64,000 bases of DNA from an uncultured virus (IMG/VR IMGVR_UViG_3300034272_003223) (Duplodnaviria > Heunggongvirae > Uroviricota > Caudoviricetes), in the IMG/VR virus record IMGVR_UViG_3300034272_003223. The stretch is one strand, 5' to 3'. Below, in pieces: positions 49,562 to 58,333 of the stretch (positions are counted from its first letter, which is position 1; every line of letters starts with the position of its first letter). A program made the position numbers and the translations under genes. The notes below the pieces were generated by a model. That model was not told the origin of the DNA. It did not search any database and saw nothing but the letters and a program-made list of their open reading frames with translations.

Positions 49562-50682
49562 TGAAGTTAAACAATATAAACAAAATATTCTTAGTAGGAG
49601 ACTTACACCTAGGGATTAGAAATAATTCAGTGGAGTGGGCAGATATTCAAAAAGATTTTCTTTTAGAAGTTTTGCCAAAGACTGCTCAAGAAAATGGTTT
49701 TAATCCAGATACAGATATTCTTATTTTAGAAGGCGATATCTTTCATTCTAGAGAATCAATTAATGTTAGAATTCAAAATGATTCAATGGAAATTTTTGAA
49801 AAACTTTCTAAAGTATTTAAGCGAGGAGTCTTTATTATTTTAGGAAACCATGATGTTTATTATAAAGACTCTAATCAAGTTAATTCAGTTAGACACCTTA
49901 AACACTTAGCCGAAAATATTCATGTATTTGAAAGTCCAGAAATCTTAACGATTAATGATACTGAAAATTGGTTAATGTTACCTTGGGTTGAAGATACTAA
50001 GACTTTAGGTAATTATGTTGCAGATTATGCAAATATGTGTAAGCGAATTGTATGTCATGCCGATATCAAAGGACTAAAGTTTAATCGATGGACTAAAGTT
50101 GAACATGGATTAGAAATTACAGCGCTATCCCAGTATGACAGGGTTTACTCTGGTCACATCCATCACAGACAAGAACAAGATAATATATTGTATACTGGAA
50201 CTCCTTACCAGATGGACAGGGGTGATCGTGGGAACACTAAGGGCTACTATATAATAGATGCTAAAGATAATTATAAAGAAACCTTTATTGAAAACCAGGC
50301 ATCACCAAATTATGTCAAATATGATATTTGCGAATTATTAGATATGAACTTAGATCAACTAAAGAGTCTATTAACTAATAATTTTGTTGACGTTATGATT
50401 GAAATTAACTTATCAAATAAAATTCCAATTAGTCAATTCTTAATGGTCTTAGAACAGGTCAAATATAGAAAAATTGAATTTTTTACATATACGAGTGATT
50501 CAACTGAATCTCCAACTGCAGATATTTCATTAGATCTTTCTAGTTCAGATAAATTTGATGCGTTTGAGATTTTTAAAACATATTTAAATTCAAAACAATA
50601 TTCTCAAAGTATGAAAAAGGATTTGGTTACCAAGTTTTTTGAAATACAAGAGAGAGCAAAACAAGAAAAAGATTATGCTTAA
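49561..50682 (+). CDS. gp47: gp47/SbcD/Mre11-like nuclease
   Basis: GDLHLG, GDIFH, GNHD, CH, SGHIH metallophosphoesterase motifs. Confidence 0.92.
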   Translation: MKLNNINKIFLVGDLHLGIRNNSVEWADIQKDFLLEVLPKTAQENGFNPDTDILILEGDIFHSRESINVRIQNDSMEIFEKLSKVFKRGVFIILGNHDVYYKDSNQVNSVRHLKHLAENIHVFESPEILTINDTENWLMLPWVEDTKTLGNYVADYANMCKRIVCHADIKGLKFNRWTKVEHGLEITALSQYDRVYSGHIHHRQEQDNILYTGTPYQMDRGDRGNTKGYYIIDAKDNYKETFIENQASPNYVKYDICELLDMNLDQLKSLLTNNFVDVMIEINLSNKIPISQFLMVLEQVKYRKIEFFTYTSDSTESPTADISLDLSSSDKFDAFEIFKTYLNSKQYSQSMKKDLVTKFFEIQERAKQEKDYA

Positions 50683-51175
50683 ATTAGGATTATCTGACAA
50701 GGCTCAAGTACTATTTGATCATAAAGATGGGATTCCATCTGTAATTTCTACTGAGCGTATTATCATTGGCGAAATTATTGAAATACTATGTGCCCAGCAC
50801 ATTTCAATTAGCGACGGTTTTGAAATATACGAAAGACTTCCGTCATTTGCAAATTGTGTTCAGCCTAATGAAATTAAATTGCGAGAGTTAAATCAAAAAA
50901 CTGAAGAGTTACATCAGCAGTTACTTGCAGAGCTTATGACAAATGGAGAACCGTCTGCTGAAGAAATTGAAAAATTAAAGGAACACCCAGAACTGCTTTC
51001 ATTTTTTAATTCATATAAGTGGCTAGACATGTTAATTGGAAATATTCCATATTATCATATGGCAGAGCAGCCAAATGCTAGAATTGTTTGGAATACTGAA
51101 ACCAATGTTTGGAACGTTGTTGCATTTACTGAAATTTTACCTGGGAAAACTATAACTTTACCTATTAAGAAATAA
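50675..51175 (+). CDS. degenerate SET-domain-like protein
   Basis: VISTERIIIGEIIE and YYHMAEQPNA...VAFTEILPGKTITL resemble SET N- and C-terminal motifs. Start set at the ATG at 50675. Confidence 0.45.
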   Translation: MLKLGLSDKAQVLFDHKDGIPSVISTERIIIGEIIEILCAQHISISDGFEIYERLPSFANCVQPNEIKLRELNQKTEELHQQLLAELMTNGEPSAEEIEKLKEHPELLSFFNSYKWLDMLIGNIPYYHMAEQPNARIVWNTETNVWNVVAFTEILPGKTITLPIKK

Positions 51176-51177
51176 TT

Positions 51178-52842
51178 ATGAAGATAAAAGAATTTGCTTT
51201 TAAAAATATATGTTCATATGGAAATAAGGTTCAAACCTTTAAGTTTTCAGATGATCCAAATTTAATCCTTGTTCAAGGAACAAATGGCTCAGGCAAATCT
51301 AGTATATCTGATGCATTAACTGTATCGATTTATGGAAAATCTGGTATCAGAAAGATTAAGGAAATTCCAAATCGTATTAATAAAAACGCCTATACTTCAG
51401 TTAAATTTGTTGCAAATAATGGAGATGAAGTTGAAATAGAAAGAGGACTAGAACCAAATTTTTCAAAGATCTTAATAAATGGAAATGACTATAACTTACC
51501 AGATAAAAGACGAGTTGATGAATTTATTGAAGAAGAATTAGTTAAAATTCCATTTAACGTTTTCTCAAATACAATCTCTCTTTCTGTAAATGACTTTAAA
51601 AGTTTTGTTAAATTAAGCCCAGCCGATAAACGCAAGATTATCGATAAGATCTTTGGATTGGACTTAGTTAATGATATGAATCAATTGGTTAAAGAAGATG
51701 CAAAGACAGTAAAAGGAAAACAGTCTTCCAGTCAAACTGCTCTTTTAAAAAACCAGCACTTATTAGAGCAATCAGTTCAACAATTATCTGCTCTACAAGA
51801 AGATTTAACTCAAGAAAAGGAAAATCGAATTGCTCAACTAACTGATATTTTAACTAGAGCTAAAACAAAACAAGATGAAGTTAAATCTTCCTATGCTGAA
51901 CTTAAAACACAATTAGACTCTGCCAAAAATGATTTAAAGGCGGCTAGAGAATCTAAATCAGCATGTACGTTTAATATTGCAGAAATTGATAAAAAATTGG
52001 CAATTTACGCCAAAAATAAATGTCCTCATTGCTTAAGTGACTTAACTGATACTGTACATATTGGAATTAAACAACAGCTTGAAGATAACAAAAGTAAATT
52101 CTTAGAAGAGCTTACACCAATTGCGGCTAAAATATCTAATATAGAGGGTAGTTCTAGAGAATTAGAAAGTTCACAGGAAAAATTTAGAAATGATCATGCT
52201 AAATTGTCATCTGCTTTAGATTCTGCAAAAAGAGAATTAGATTCTTTAACCCAGTCTCAAGATTCAGAAAAACAAACACAATACCTTCAAAAGATTATCG
52301 ATCAATTAAATGAAGATATTGAATCTACTAAATTAGAAATAGGCGAATTAGAAAAAGAACTTTCTGTTAACCAGGAGCTTGAAGTAATTCTTTCAGATAA
52401 TGGAATGAAGAGAATCTTAATGAACCAAATTATTCCACTTCTAAATAAGAATATTCTAAGAACTTCTAAACTACTTGAATTTAAATTTGCATTTGAGTTT
52501 GATTTAGAATTTAATCCAATTATTACCCACCTTGGAATGCAGATTTCGCCAGAGTCTCTATCCGCTGGCGAACAAAAGAAAATGAATCTAATTGTTCTTT
52601 TATGCATATTAGAATTAATTAAGATGAAGAACAATAAAATTAATCTACTTTTCTTAGATGAGATCTTTTCTTCTCTAGATTCTGTAAGCATTTACAAAGT
52701 AGTTGATTTATTAAAAACATTTGCTAAAAAGCATAATATGACAGTATTTGTGATCTCCCATGATCCACTGCCAGAAGAGTTTTTCGATATTAAGTTATTT
52801 GTCGAAAACAAAGACCATTTTTCTGATATAAGAGTAAATTAA
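51178..52842 (+). CDS. gp46: gp46/SbcC/Rad50-like ATPase
   Basis: GTNGSGKS, coiled coils, CPHC zinc hook, LSAGE signature, FLDEIF, ISH. Confidence 0.93.
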   Translation: MKIKEFAFKNICSYGNKVQTFKFSDDPNLILVQGTNGSGKSSISDALTVSIYGKSGIRKIKEIPNRINKNAYTSVKFVANNGDEVEIERGLEPNFSKILINGNDYNLPDKRRVDEFIEEELVKIPFNVFSNTISLSVNDFKSFVKLSPADKRKIIDKIFGLDLVNDMNQLVKEDAKTVKGKQSSSQTALLKNQHLLEQSVQQLSALQEDLTQEKENRIAQLTDILTRAKTKQDEVKSSYAELKTQLDSAKNDLKAARESKSACTFNIAEIDKKLAIYAKNKCPHCLSDLTDTVHIGIKQQLEDNKSKFLEELTPIAAKISNIEGSSRELESSQEKFRNDHAKLSSALDSAKRELDSLTQSQDSEKQTQYLQKIIDQLNEDIESTKLEIGELEKELSVNQELEVILSDNGMKRILMNQIIPLLNKNILRTSKLLEFKFAFEFDLEFNPIITHLGMQISPESLSAGEQKKMNLIVLLCILELIKMKNNKINLLFLDEIFSSLDSVSIYKVVDLLKTFAKKHNMTVFVISHDPLPEEFFDIKLFVENKDHFSDIRVN

Positions 52843-52851
52843 TATAGAACT

Positions 52852-53736
52852 ATGCATACTTACAAAGGAACATCATTTGCGGAAGCTTACCAAAAGTCAT
52901 TAATCGATTTAATGGACAATGGTGACTTATGCGAAACGCGAGGAACTACAAGCAGAGAATTATTAAATGTTTCTCTAGAAATCACTGATCCAAGTCAGTG
53001 TATGTATACCAATATGACTAGGTCTACCCAGACTAAATATATTGCAGCTGAATTTTTATGGTATTATGCTGGTCGTAATGATGTAGCATTTATTTCAAAA
53101 TATGCAAAATTTTGGGAGCAGATTCAAAATCCAAATGGTACCGCTAACTCTGCTTATGGTAACCTAATATTTAAACCAAAATCTCTTGGTGGAATTACTC
53201 AATACGAATGGGCAATTGCATCATTAGCAAAGGATAAAGATAGTAGACAAGCAATTCTTCACTTTAATACGCCAGAACATCAATATAATGGTAATAAAGA
53301 TTTTGTTTGCACAATGTATGGAATTTTTCATATTAGACACAATAAACTAAACTTTAGTGTCTATATGAGATCTAATGATGCTATTTGGGGTACACCAACT
53401 GATGTTGCATTTTTCTGTTCTCTACAAATGCAGGCTCTTGCTCATCTTAAGGAATTTTATCCAGAATTAGAGTTAGGAACCTATACTCACCATGCAAACT
53501 CATATCATATTTATGATAGACACTATGATCTAGTTAGTCGTATGTTAGTTGGAGAGTTCGTTCCATCTAGACTGCCTTCAATTAAAACTAATCTTGTTTC
53601 AATGTCAGGTCACCCTACACAAGAGTTTAATGACATTTTTGAATTTATTGAACATGATCAAGATGATATTTTAATACTACAAGAAAAAGAAGATCTATTA
53701 ACTTGGATCGTAAATCAATTTGGCGATGATAACTAG
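52852..53736 (+). CDS. thymidylate-synthase-family enzyme, dCMP hydroxymethylase/methylase type
   Basis: DSRQAI, DFVCT (catalytic Cys), MRSNDAIWGTPTD, SYHIYDRH; Asp at the substrate-specificity position. Confidence 0.8.
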   Translation: MHTYKGTSFAEAYQKSLIDLMDNGDLCETRGTTSRELLNVSLEITDPSQCMYTNMTRSTQTKYIAAEFLWYYAGRNDVAFISKYAKFWEQIQNPNGTANSAYGNLIFKPKSLGGITQYEWAIASLAKDKDSRQAILHFNTPEHQYNGNKDFVCTMYGIFHIRHNKLNFSVYMRSNDAIWGTPTDVAFFCSLQMQALAHLKEFYPELELGTYTHHANSYHIYDRHYDLVSRMLVGEFVPSRLPSIKTNLVSMSGHPTQEFNDIFEFIEHDQDDILILQEKEDLLTWIVNQFGDDN

Positions 53737-54172
53737 ATACGATATTGTATACATGAAAATGGCCTCAGAATGGGGACAATTATCGAATGCTCGTCGTAAA
53801 AAAGTTGGAGCGCTCCTAGTTAAGAATAACACTATTATAGCTGATGGTTATAATGGAACTCCATCTGGTTTTGAAAATGAATGCGAAAATCCTTTATTTG
53901 ATGCAGATGGTAATTTTTTAGACTATGAAACAAAATGGTATGTTTTGCACGCCGAATCTAATGCTTTAGCTAAAGTTGCAAAATCTACTCAATCTTCTGA
54001 GGGTTCTACTCTTTATGTTACAATGTCTCCGTGTAGAGAGTGTAGCAAATTAATTCTTCAAGCAGGAATTAAAAGAGTAGTCTATTCGGAATCATACAGA
54101 GATTCTGCCGGTCTCGACCTCTTAAAAAAGGCAGGGGTTGATGTAGTTCAGATTCTACCCGAATCAGAATAA
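53726..54172 (+). CDS. dCMP deaminase
   Basis: VGALLV, GYNGTPSG, HAESNAL, SPCRECSK. Start is the ATG at 53726 or the TTG at 53720. Confidence 0.93.
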   Translation: MITRYDIVYMKMASEWGQLSNARRKKVGALLVKNNTIIADGYNGTPSGFENECENPLFDADGNFLDYETKWYVLHAESNALAKVAKSTQSSEGSTLYVTMSPCRECSKLILQAGIKRVVYSESYRDSAGLDLLKKAGVDVVQILPESE

Positions 54173-54189
54173 AAAATTCCATTCGTATT

Positions 54190-54591
54190 TTGACAGAAGA
54201 TATTGCAACCAGAGAATTAACAATTGTTTTCGTAAGAGATTATAAAACATTCGTTGAACACTTTTCTAAAAAATGTAAAAGTGATTACGTTCTTAACATT
54301 AATAAGATCGTAAAAGAGAAATTTCAAACTGAAATCTTTATTCCAAATAAAGTTCAGGCTTTTTTATTAAATTATGAAATTTCCAAACTTATTGATAAGG
54401 TAATTAAAATAAAGAATCAAAAGTATTCCAGACTAATCTACTTGAATACAGAGCTTTCTCCCACTGGAATTTTAAATTCAATTAACTTTTTAAAGACCAC
54501 ATATACATGGGTCGAATTTGATTTTACTGTTATTGATCCAGATAAGGAATTCCATGCCGTACTAAAGGACATAAAAAAAGGAGAGCTATAA
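54190..54591 (+). CDS. hypothetical protein, TTG start
   Basis: Last ORF of the plus-strand operon, before a terminator. Confidence 0.55.
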   Translation: MTEDIATRELTIVFVRDYKTFVEHFSKKCKSDYVLNINKIVKEKFQTEIFIPNKVQAFLLNYEISKLIDKVIKIKNQKYSRLIYLNTELSPTGILNSINFLKTTYTWVEFDFTVIDPDKEFHAVLKDIKKGEL

Positions 54592-54604
54592 AGTTCTCCT
54601 TTTT
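54573..54604. terminator. bidirectional intrinsic terminator
   Basis: AAAAAAAGGAGAGC-TATAAA-GTTCTCCTTTTT between convergent operons. Confidence 0.85.
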
Positions 54605-54623
54605 AATTTAAATTAATTTCTAA

Positions 54624-55430
54624 TTATTCTTCACTAGCTTTCTTTAATCTTAGAATACCAGCTTGGGCTTCTTTGTAATCACTTACAAATTTTACAGCTC
54701 TTTTATCAGAATCTTTATCTTTCCAATCACTTAAACTTTCCTTTGTATCTTTTCCATTATGGTGTGGATACGCAAATACAGTCATGTGTCCATCTTTTCT
54801 AAAATCGTAAGTTGCATAAGTTTCTTCACCTTCTGCTGATTCAGTAATAGTATCAAAGTCTTCATCTAATTCTTCATCAGATTCGTCCTCTTCTGGCATT
54901 TCTGAAACTTTTTGAATTGCAGCTTTAAATATTTCAACGCATTCTTCTTTTTCAATTTCCATCTTTTCGCAAGCGATTTCTAAAATTTCTTTTAGTTCAT
55001 CACTAAACTCTTCCATAAACATTTCAAGAGCTTCTTCGTCGATTTCTGGAGTTTCTTCTAGATCTGTGTCTTTAATTTCATCAGCTTCTTCTTCGAACAT
55101 ATAGTTTTCAAATTGAGGAACATGACTTTCTTTTACAATCTTAACTCCCATTGTAGGAATTGCAGTTAAAGGTTCTTCTGTTTTAATTTTAGCAGTACGA
55201 CTAGGTACATCGCTATTAAATGCTTTCCAATAACCATCATAATTGTGGTTTTTTCCGCCATTTTCAAAGTTAGCATCTCTTTGTGCAACATTTGTCCAAT
55301 CTTTTAAAGACTTTCGTTTAGATTTATCAAATGACTCAGTTTCACTAGGTCCACCAAATGATGGAGCTTTCATGTCCATGAATCTCTTAAAGTCTTTAAC
55401 ATCGTTACTTTTTAGGTTAAAAATATCCAT
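54624..55430 (-). CDS. acidic late protein, probable head/scaffold-associated
   Basis: Glu-rich; VKES/ITES candidate cleavage sites and VPQFENYMFEE motif. Confidence 0.55.
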   Translation of the reverse strand: MDIFNLKSNDVKDFKRFMDMKAPSFGGPSETESFDKSKRKSLKDWTNVAQRDANFENGGKNHNYDGYWKAFNSDVPSRTAKIKTEEPLTAIPTMGVKIVKESHVPQFENYMFEEEADEIKDTDLEETPEIDEEALEMFMEEFSDELKEILEIACEKMEIEKEECVEIFKAAIQKVSEMPEEDESDEELDEDFDTITESAEGEETYATYDFRKDGHMTVFAYPHHNGKDTKESLSDWKDKDSDKRAVKFVSDYKEAQAGILRLKKASEE

Positions 55431-55451
55431 TTTAAAGTGGTTTTTAAATTT

Positions 55452-56042
55452 TTAGAATTGTCCATTTCTTACTTCAGTATAACTATCAGCAATAAAGCTA
55501 AAAGTCGCATTATAAATTGAATCTGAAGTATAATCCAATTTCATATCTTCAACCAAATTAGTATCTCCATAAACAAATACTGGAGAGAAATTAAATTCTC
55601 TATAAACGTCACCTGCACGGTTGTGTACTCCAACATAAACTCCGGCTCCGTTTGGCGCATAGTCTTTCTTAAGACCTTGTCTACCAGTCAATGGATCGTA
55701 TACTAGGTTTGCCCAAGCTCTAAATAAGTTGTAAACATACATCTCATTAGCATTGTTTAAGTTGACTTCAAAATCAATTGTAAACTTAGCGCCAGTTTCT
55801 TTAGGTTTTGCACCTGCAAAATATCTCTTAGAGAATCTGTAGCTTTGGTCAACTGTTCCACCAGTACCAGCTTGTTCTGGAAGTCCAGTAATCTTTTTTA
55901 CGTGTTCAACTAATAAATCATTAATAGCTGTATTATTGATACTAGAAGGCGGCGTAATAATTACCGTAAACTGGTTAAGGTATAACGGTTCAAATAATTG
56001 CTGGCCTACTTTTGAATTTTTAAAATGTGGTAACCCTGCCAT
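55452..56042 (-). CDS. gp19: tail tube protein
   Basis: EPLYLNQFTV, YRFSKRYFAG, FRAWANLVYDPLTGRQGLKKDY, FIAD; about 200 aa with its own late promoter. Confidence 0.85.
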   Translation of the reverse strand: MAGLPHFKNSKVGQQLFEPLYLNQFTVIITPPSSINNTAINDLLVEHVKKITGLPEQAGTGGTVDQSYRFSKRYFAGAKPKETGAKFTIDFEVNLNNANEMYVYNLFRAWANLVYDPLTGRQGLKKDYAPNGAGVYVGVHNRAGDVYREFNFSPVFVYGDTNLVEDMKLDYTSDSIYNATFSFIADSYTEVRNGQF

Positions 56043-56062
56043 TTATGTTGGACTTTTTTGTT

Positions 56063-56070
56063 TATTTATT
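56063..56070 (-). promoter_or_regulatory. late promoter AATAAATA
   Basis: 20 nt upstream of the tail tube ATG. Confidence 0.7.
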
Positions 56071-56077
56071 CGCTAGA

Positions 56078-57256
56078 TTATGATATATCTCTACGCTCTG
56101 TTTCCTCCCATTTAGAAATGAGTTCCTTAAAGCGTTTTTCCTTTTCTTCTGGAGTTAGAGCTGCATTTCTTTCATCAAATTCAAATGCATTAATTTGAGC
56201 CTTAAGTTGTTTTGCACTAATTTCACTATATGCCTTAGGCTCCTCCTTTTCAGGCATAGTTTCATTTCCAATAAGCGTCAATTCCAAGGTAGGAACGACC
56301 GCAACAATTAGGTTTCCAGGATAAGATGGATTATCACTATTAAAATCTTCAAGCTTCATATCGTAACTTGCACCAAAAATCTTAGTTAATCCATTTGATG
56401 CAGGCGTAATTGTAATAGTAAACTTATCAGAATTTGATATTTTATCATCTCCTAAATCTTTAAGCATGTTATTTGACATTAAGTATCTAAAGCTAAATGT
56501 CTTAGTTCCTTTACCCTCTTCAATCATTCGAAGTTTAGACGTTTTAATTGTAACGTAATAATTACAGCAGTCTTCTTCAGATGATTCTTCGATAGTGCAC
56601 TCTTTTTCAACTTCTTCCAGTGTTTTAAACGGTCCAGCTACAAGTTTAACCTTTCCCTTATCTTCAAGGTCAGTTCCAACTAGCGACTGTACAGGTTCAG
56701 CTTCTTTTCCTATTTCAACTTCAATTGAGTGTACAACCTTTTTTTCATCTTCCATTGTTAAACAATAAAAAAACGTTGCCATTCCTGGAGGTAGAAGTTT
56801 CTTTTCTTCTGGTTCGCCTAATAGTTTTTGGGGTTCAGGTCCAGTCAATAACTTTTGACCAGGCTCCTCTTGTTTTGCGTACTGTGCAGCATTATATGGA
56901 ACCGGCAAACCTGGTTTTTGTGTAGTTGCAAGTTCACGACTTCCTTGAACAGCCGGTAAGTTTGATCCACCTGCCGGAAGCTCCAATGCTTCATTTTTGG
57001 TAGAAGTTTCTGCCTTTTTAGCATTAACTTTTTCGCAAACATGTTTATGAATTTCTAATAGTAATTCACGAATCTTTTCTGCACTTGTATACTTAACATA
57101 GGTTGAAGTACCTTCAGCTTTAACATAATCCAAATCTGGATATAAAGTCATGCTATGCAGAACGGTCTTTTGATCATTCTGATTCCATTTTGGCTCACAG
57201 TCTTTGATTTGCCACTTAAGTTCATGACTTTGGAAAATTTCGCAAATTACGCTCAT
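56078..57256 (-). CDS. hypothetical late protein
   Basis: Long ORF in the late cluster; internal (Q/K)KLL..PE mini-repeats. Confidence 0.6.
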   Translation of the reverse strand: MSVICEIFQSHELKWQIKDCEPKWNQNDQKTVLHSMTLYPDLDYVKAEGTSTYVKYTSAEKIRELLLEIHKHVCEKVNAKKAETSTKNEALELPAGGSNLPAVQGSRELATTQKPGLPVPYNAAQYAKQEEPGQKLLTGPEPQKLLGEPEEKKLLPPGMATFFYCLTMEDEKKVVHSIEVEIGKEAEPVQSLVGTDLEDKGKVKLVAGPFKTLEEVEKECTIEESSEEDCCNYYVTIKTSKLRMIEEGKGTKTFSFRYLMSNNMLKDLGDDKISNSDKFTITITPASNGLTKIFGASYDMKLEDFNSDNPSYPGNLIVAVVPTLELTLIGNETMPEKEEPKAYSEISAKQLKAQINAFEFDERNAALTPEEKEKRFKELISKWEETERRDIS

Positions 57257-57260
57257 TTAA

Positions 57261-57740
57261 TTATGCTTGTGGTTTTTCTCCTCTAAAGGCCTTACCTTTA
57301 TTAGAATCTTTTCTTTCTGGATCAACTGGCTTGTAGTTTGCCCAGATTTCATTGTATATTCTGCAGCTTGCGCCCATGAAATTGATAATTCCAACAAATT
57401 TCTTACGATCATCGCCAGTCATTCTAGAAACTTTCTTTCCAATACGACGAGCATCATCAAGATCTAATTCTTCTTCATCATCTTTTCCAACTAATTCTTT
57501 AAGAGAATTTCTGGATTTTTCATTGATTGCAATAAAAGACTCGAATGTCATTGATTCAGTTGGAGTATCAGACTCATGGTCTGAAACATACGAATCAAAA
57601 CGATCAACTTCATCACCAGTCATTAAACCAGTTGCATACGTTACAAATCTTTCATAAAGATCTGCACGGTCTTGCATTGGAATTCCGGCTTTGTCCATAT
57701 ACTGGACTATGCTGCGAGGTACGCTTAATGTAATCCTCAT
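57261..57740 (-). CDS. hypothetical late protein
   Basis: Internal MTFESFIAINE motif. Confidence 0.6.
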   Translation of the reverse strand: MRITLSVPRSIVQYMDKAGIPMQDRADLYERFVTYATGLMTGDEVDRFDSYVSDHESDTPTESMTFESFIAINEKSRNSLKELVGKDDEEELDLDDARRIGKKVSRMTGDDRKKFVGIINFMGASCRIYNEIWANYKPVDPERKDSNKGKAFRGEKPQA

Positions 57741-57751
57741 CGAGTTTTTAA

Positions 57752-58105
57752 TTATTTTTGTTTGTTAGCCATCTTAGGGTCAACTGACTTAGTGATAGCT
57801 TTTCCTTTGATAACTAAATTACCGAAACTAGGATCTACTGACTTAGTGATAGCCTTTCCTTTAGGGTTTGCTTCAGCTAAGTTAGAATTAACTGACTTAG
57901 AGATTTTAGAACCTTTAGCAGCTTTAAGATCAGTCATTTTAGCGTCAACTGACTTTTTAACGCTAGAACCCTTAGGCATATCTAATTTAGCCATTTTAGG
58001 ATCTACGCTTTTTCCTAATTTAGAACCTGTTGCAGGTAATACTGCCAAGTTTTGGTTAACTTTTTCAGTTAGGAACTCTGTGTAAGACAATACTGGGTTT
58101 GCCAT
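57752..58105 (-). CDS. basic repeat protein, probable internal head/DNA-binding protein
   Basis: VLSYTEFLTE N-terminus, then five ~18-19-aa repeats built on KSV(D/N). Confidence 0.65.
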   Translation of the reverse strand: MANPVLSYTEFLTEKVNQNLAVLPATGSKLGKSVDPKMAKLDMPKGSSVKKSVDAKMTDLKAAKGSKISKSVNSNLAEANPKGKAITKSVDPSFGNLVIKGKAITKSVDPKMANKQK

Positions 58106-58262
58106 TTTATTGTTTTCTTTTTTTAATTACTCGATCTTCTCTGGGCACTCCTGGTCTCTCCAATCTTTCAATATGAGTATTCATATTAAAATAATATTAA
58201 GGCCGTCAGAGGTCTCAGATTAATTTCTTTTTATAATTACCTAATTAGACAATTATTTTAGT

Positions 58263-58270
58263 TATTTATC
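58263..58270 (-). promoter_or_regulatory. late promoter GATAAATA
   Basis: Just downstream of the capsid terminator; overlapped by the AGAGGTCAGAT/ATCTGAGACCTCT inverted repeat. Confidence 0.6.
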
Positions 58271-58284
58271 TGACCTCTTAAAAT

Positions 58285-58309
58285 AAGAAAGCCCTCCGAA
58301 GAGGGCTTT
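58285..58309 (-). terminator. intrinsic terminator with C(UUCG)G tetraloop after the major capsid gene
   Basis: Minus strand AAAGCCCTC-TTCG-GAGGGCTTTCTT. Confidence 0.9.
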
Positions 58310-58333
58310 ACTTTAATATAACCTGGGTTAAGA

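Noticed and set aside
58110..58220. Glycine riboswitch or hammerhead ribozyme (GGAGAGACC, CTGACG...GAAA)
   Set aside because: Remaining conserved cores (CCGAAG/CTCAGG; CUGANGA with three stems) are not present.
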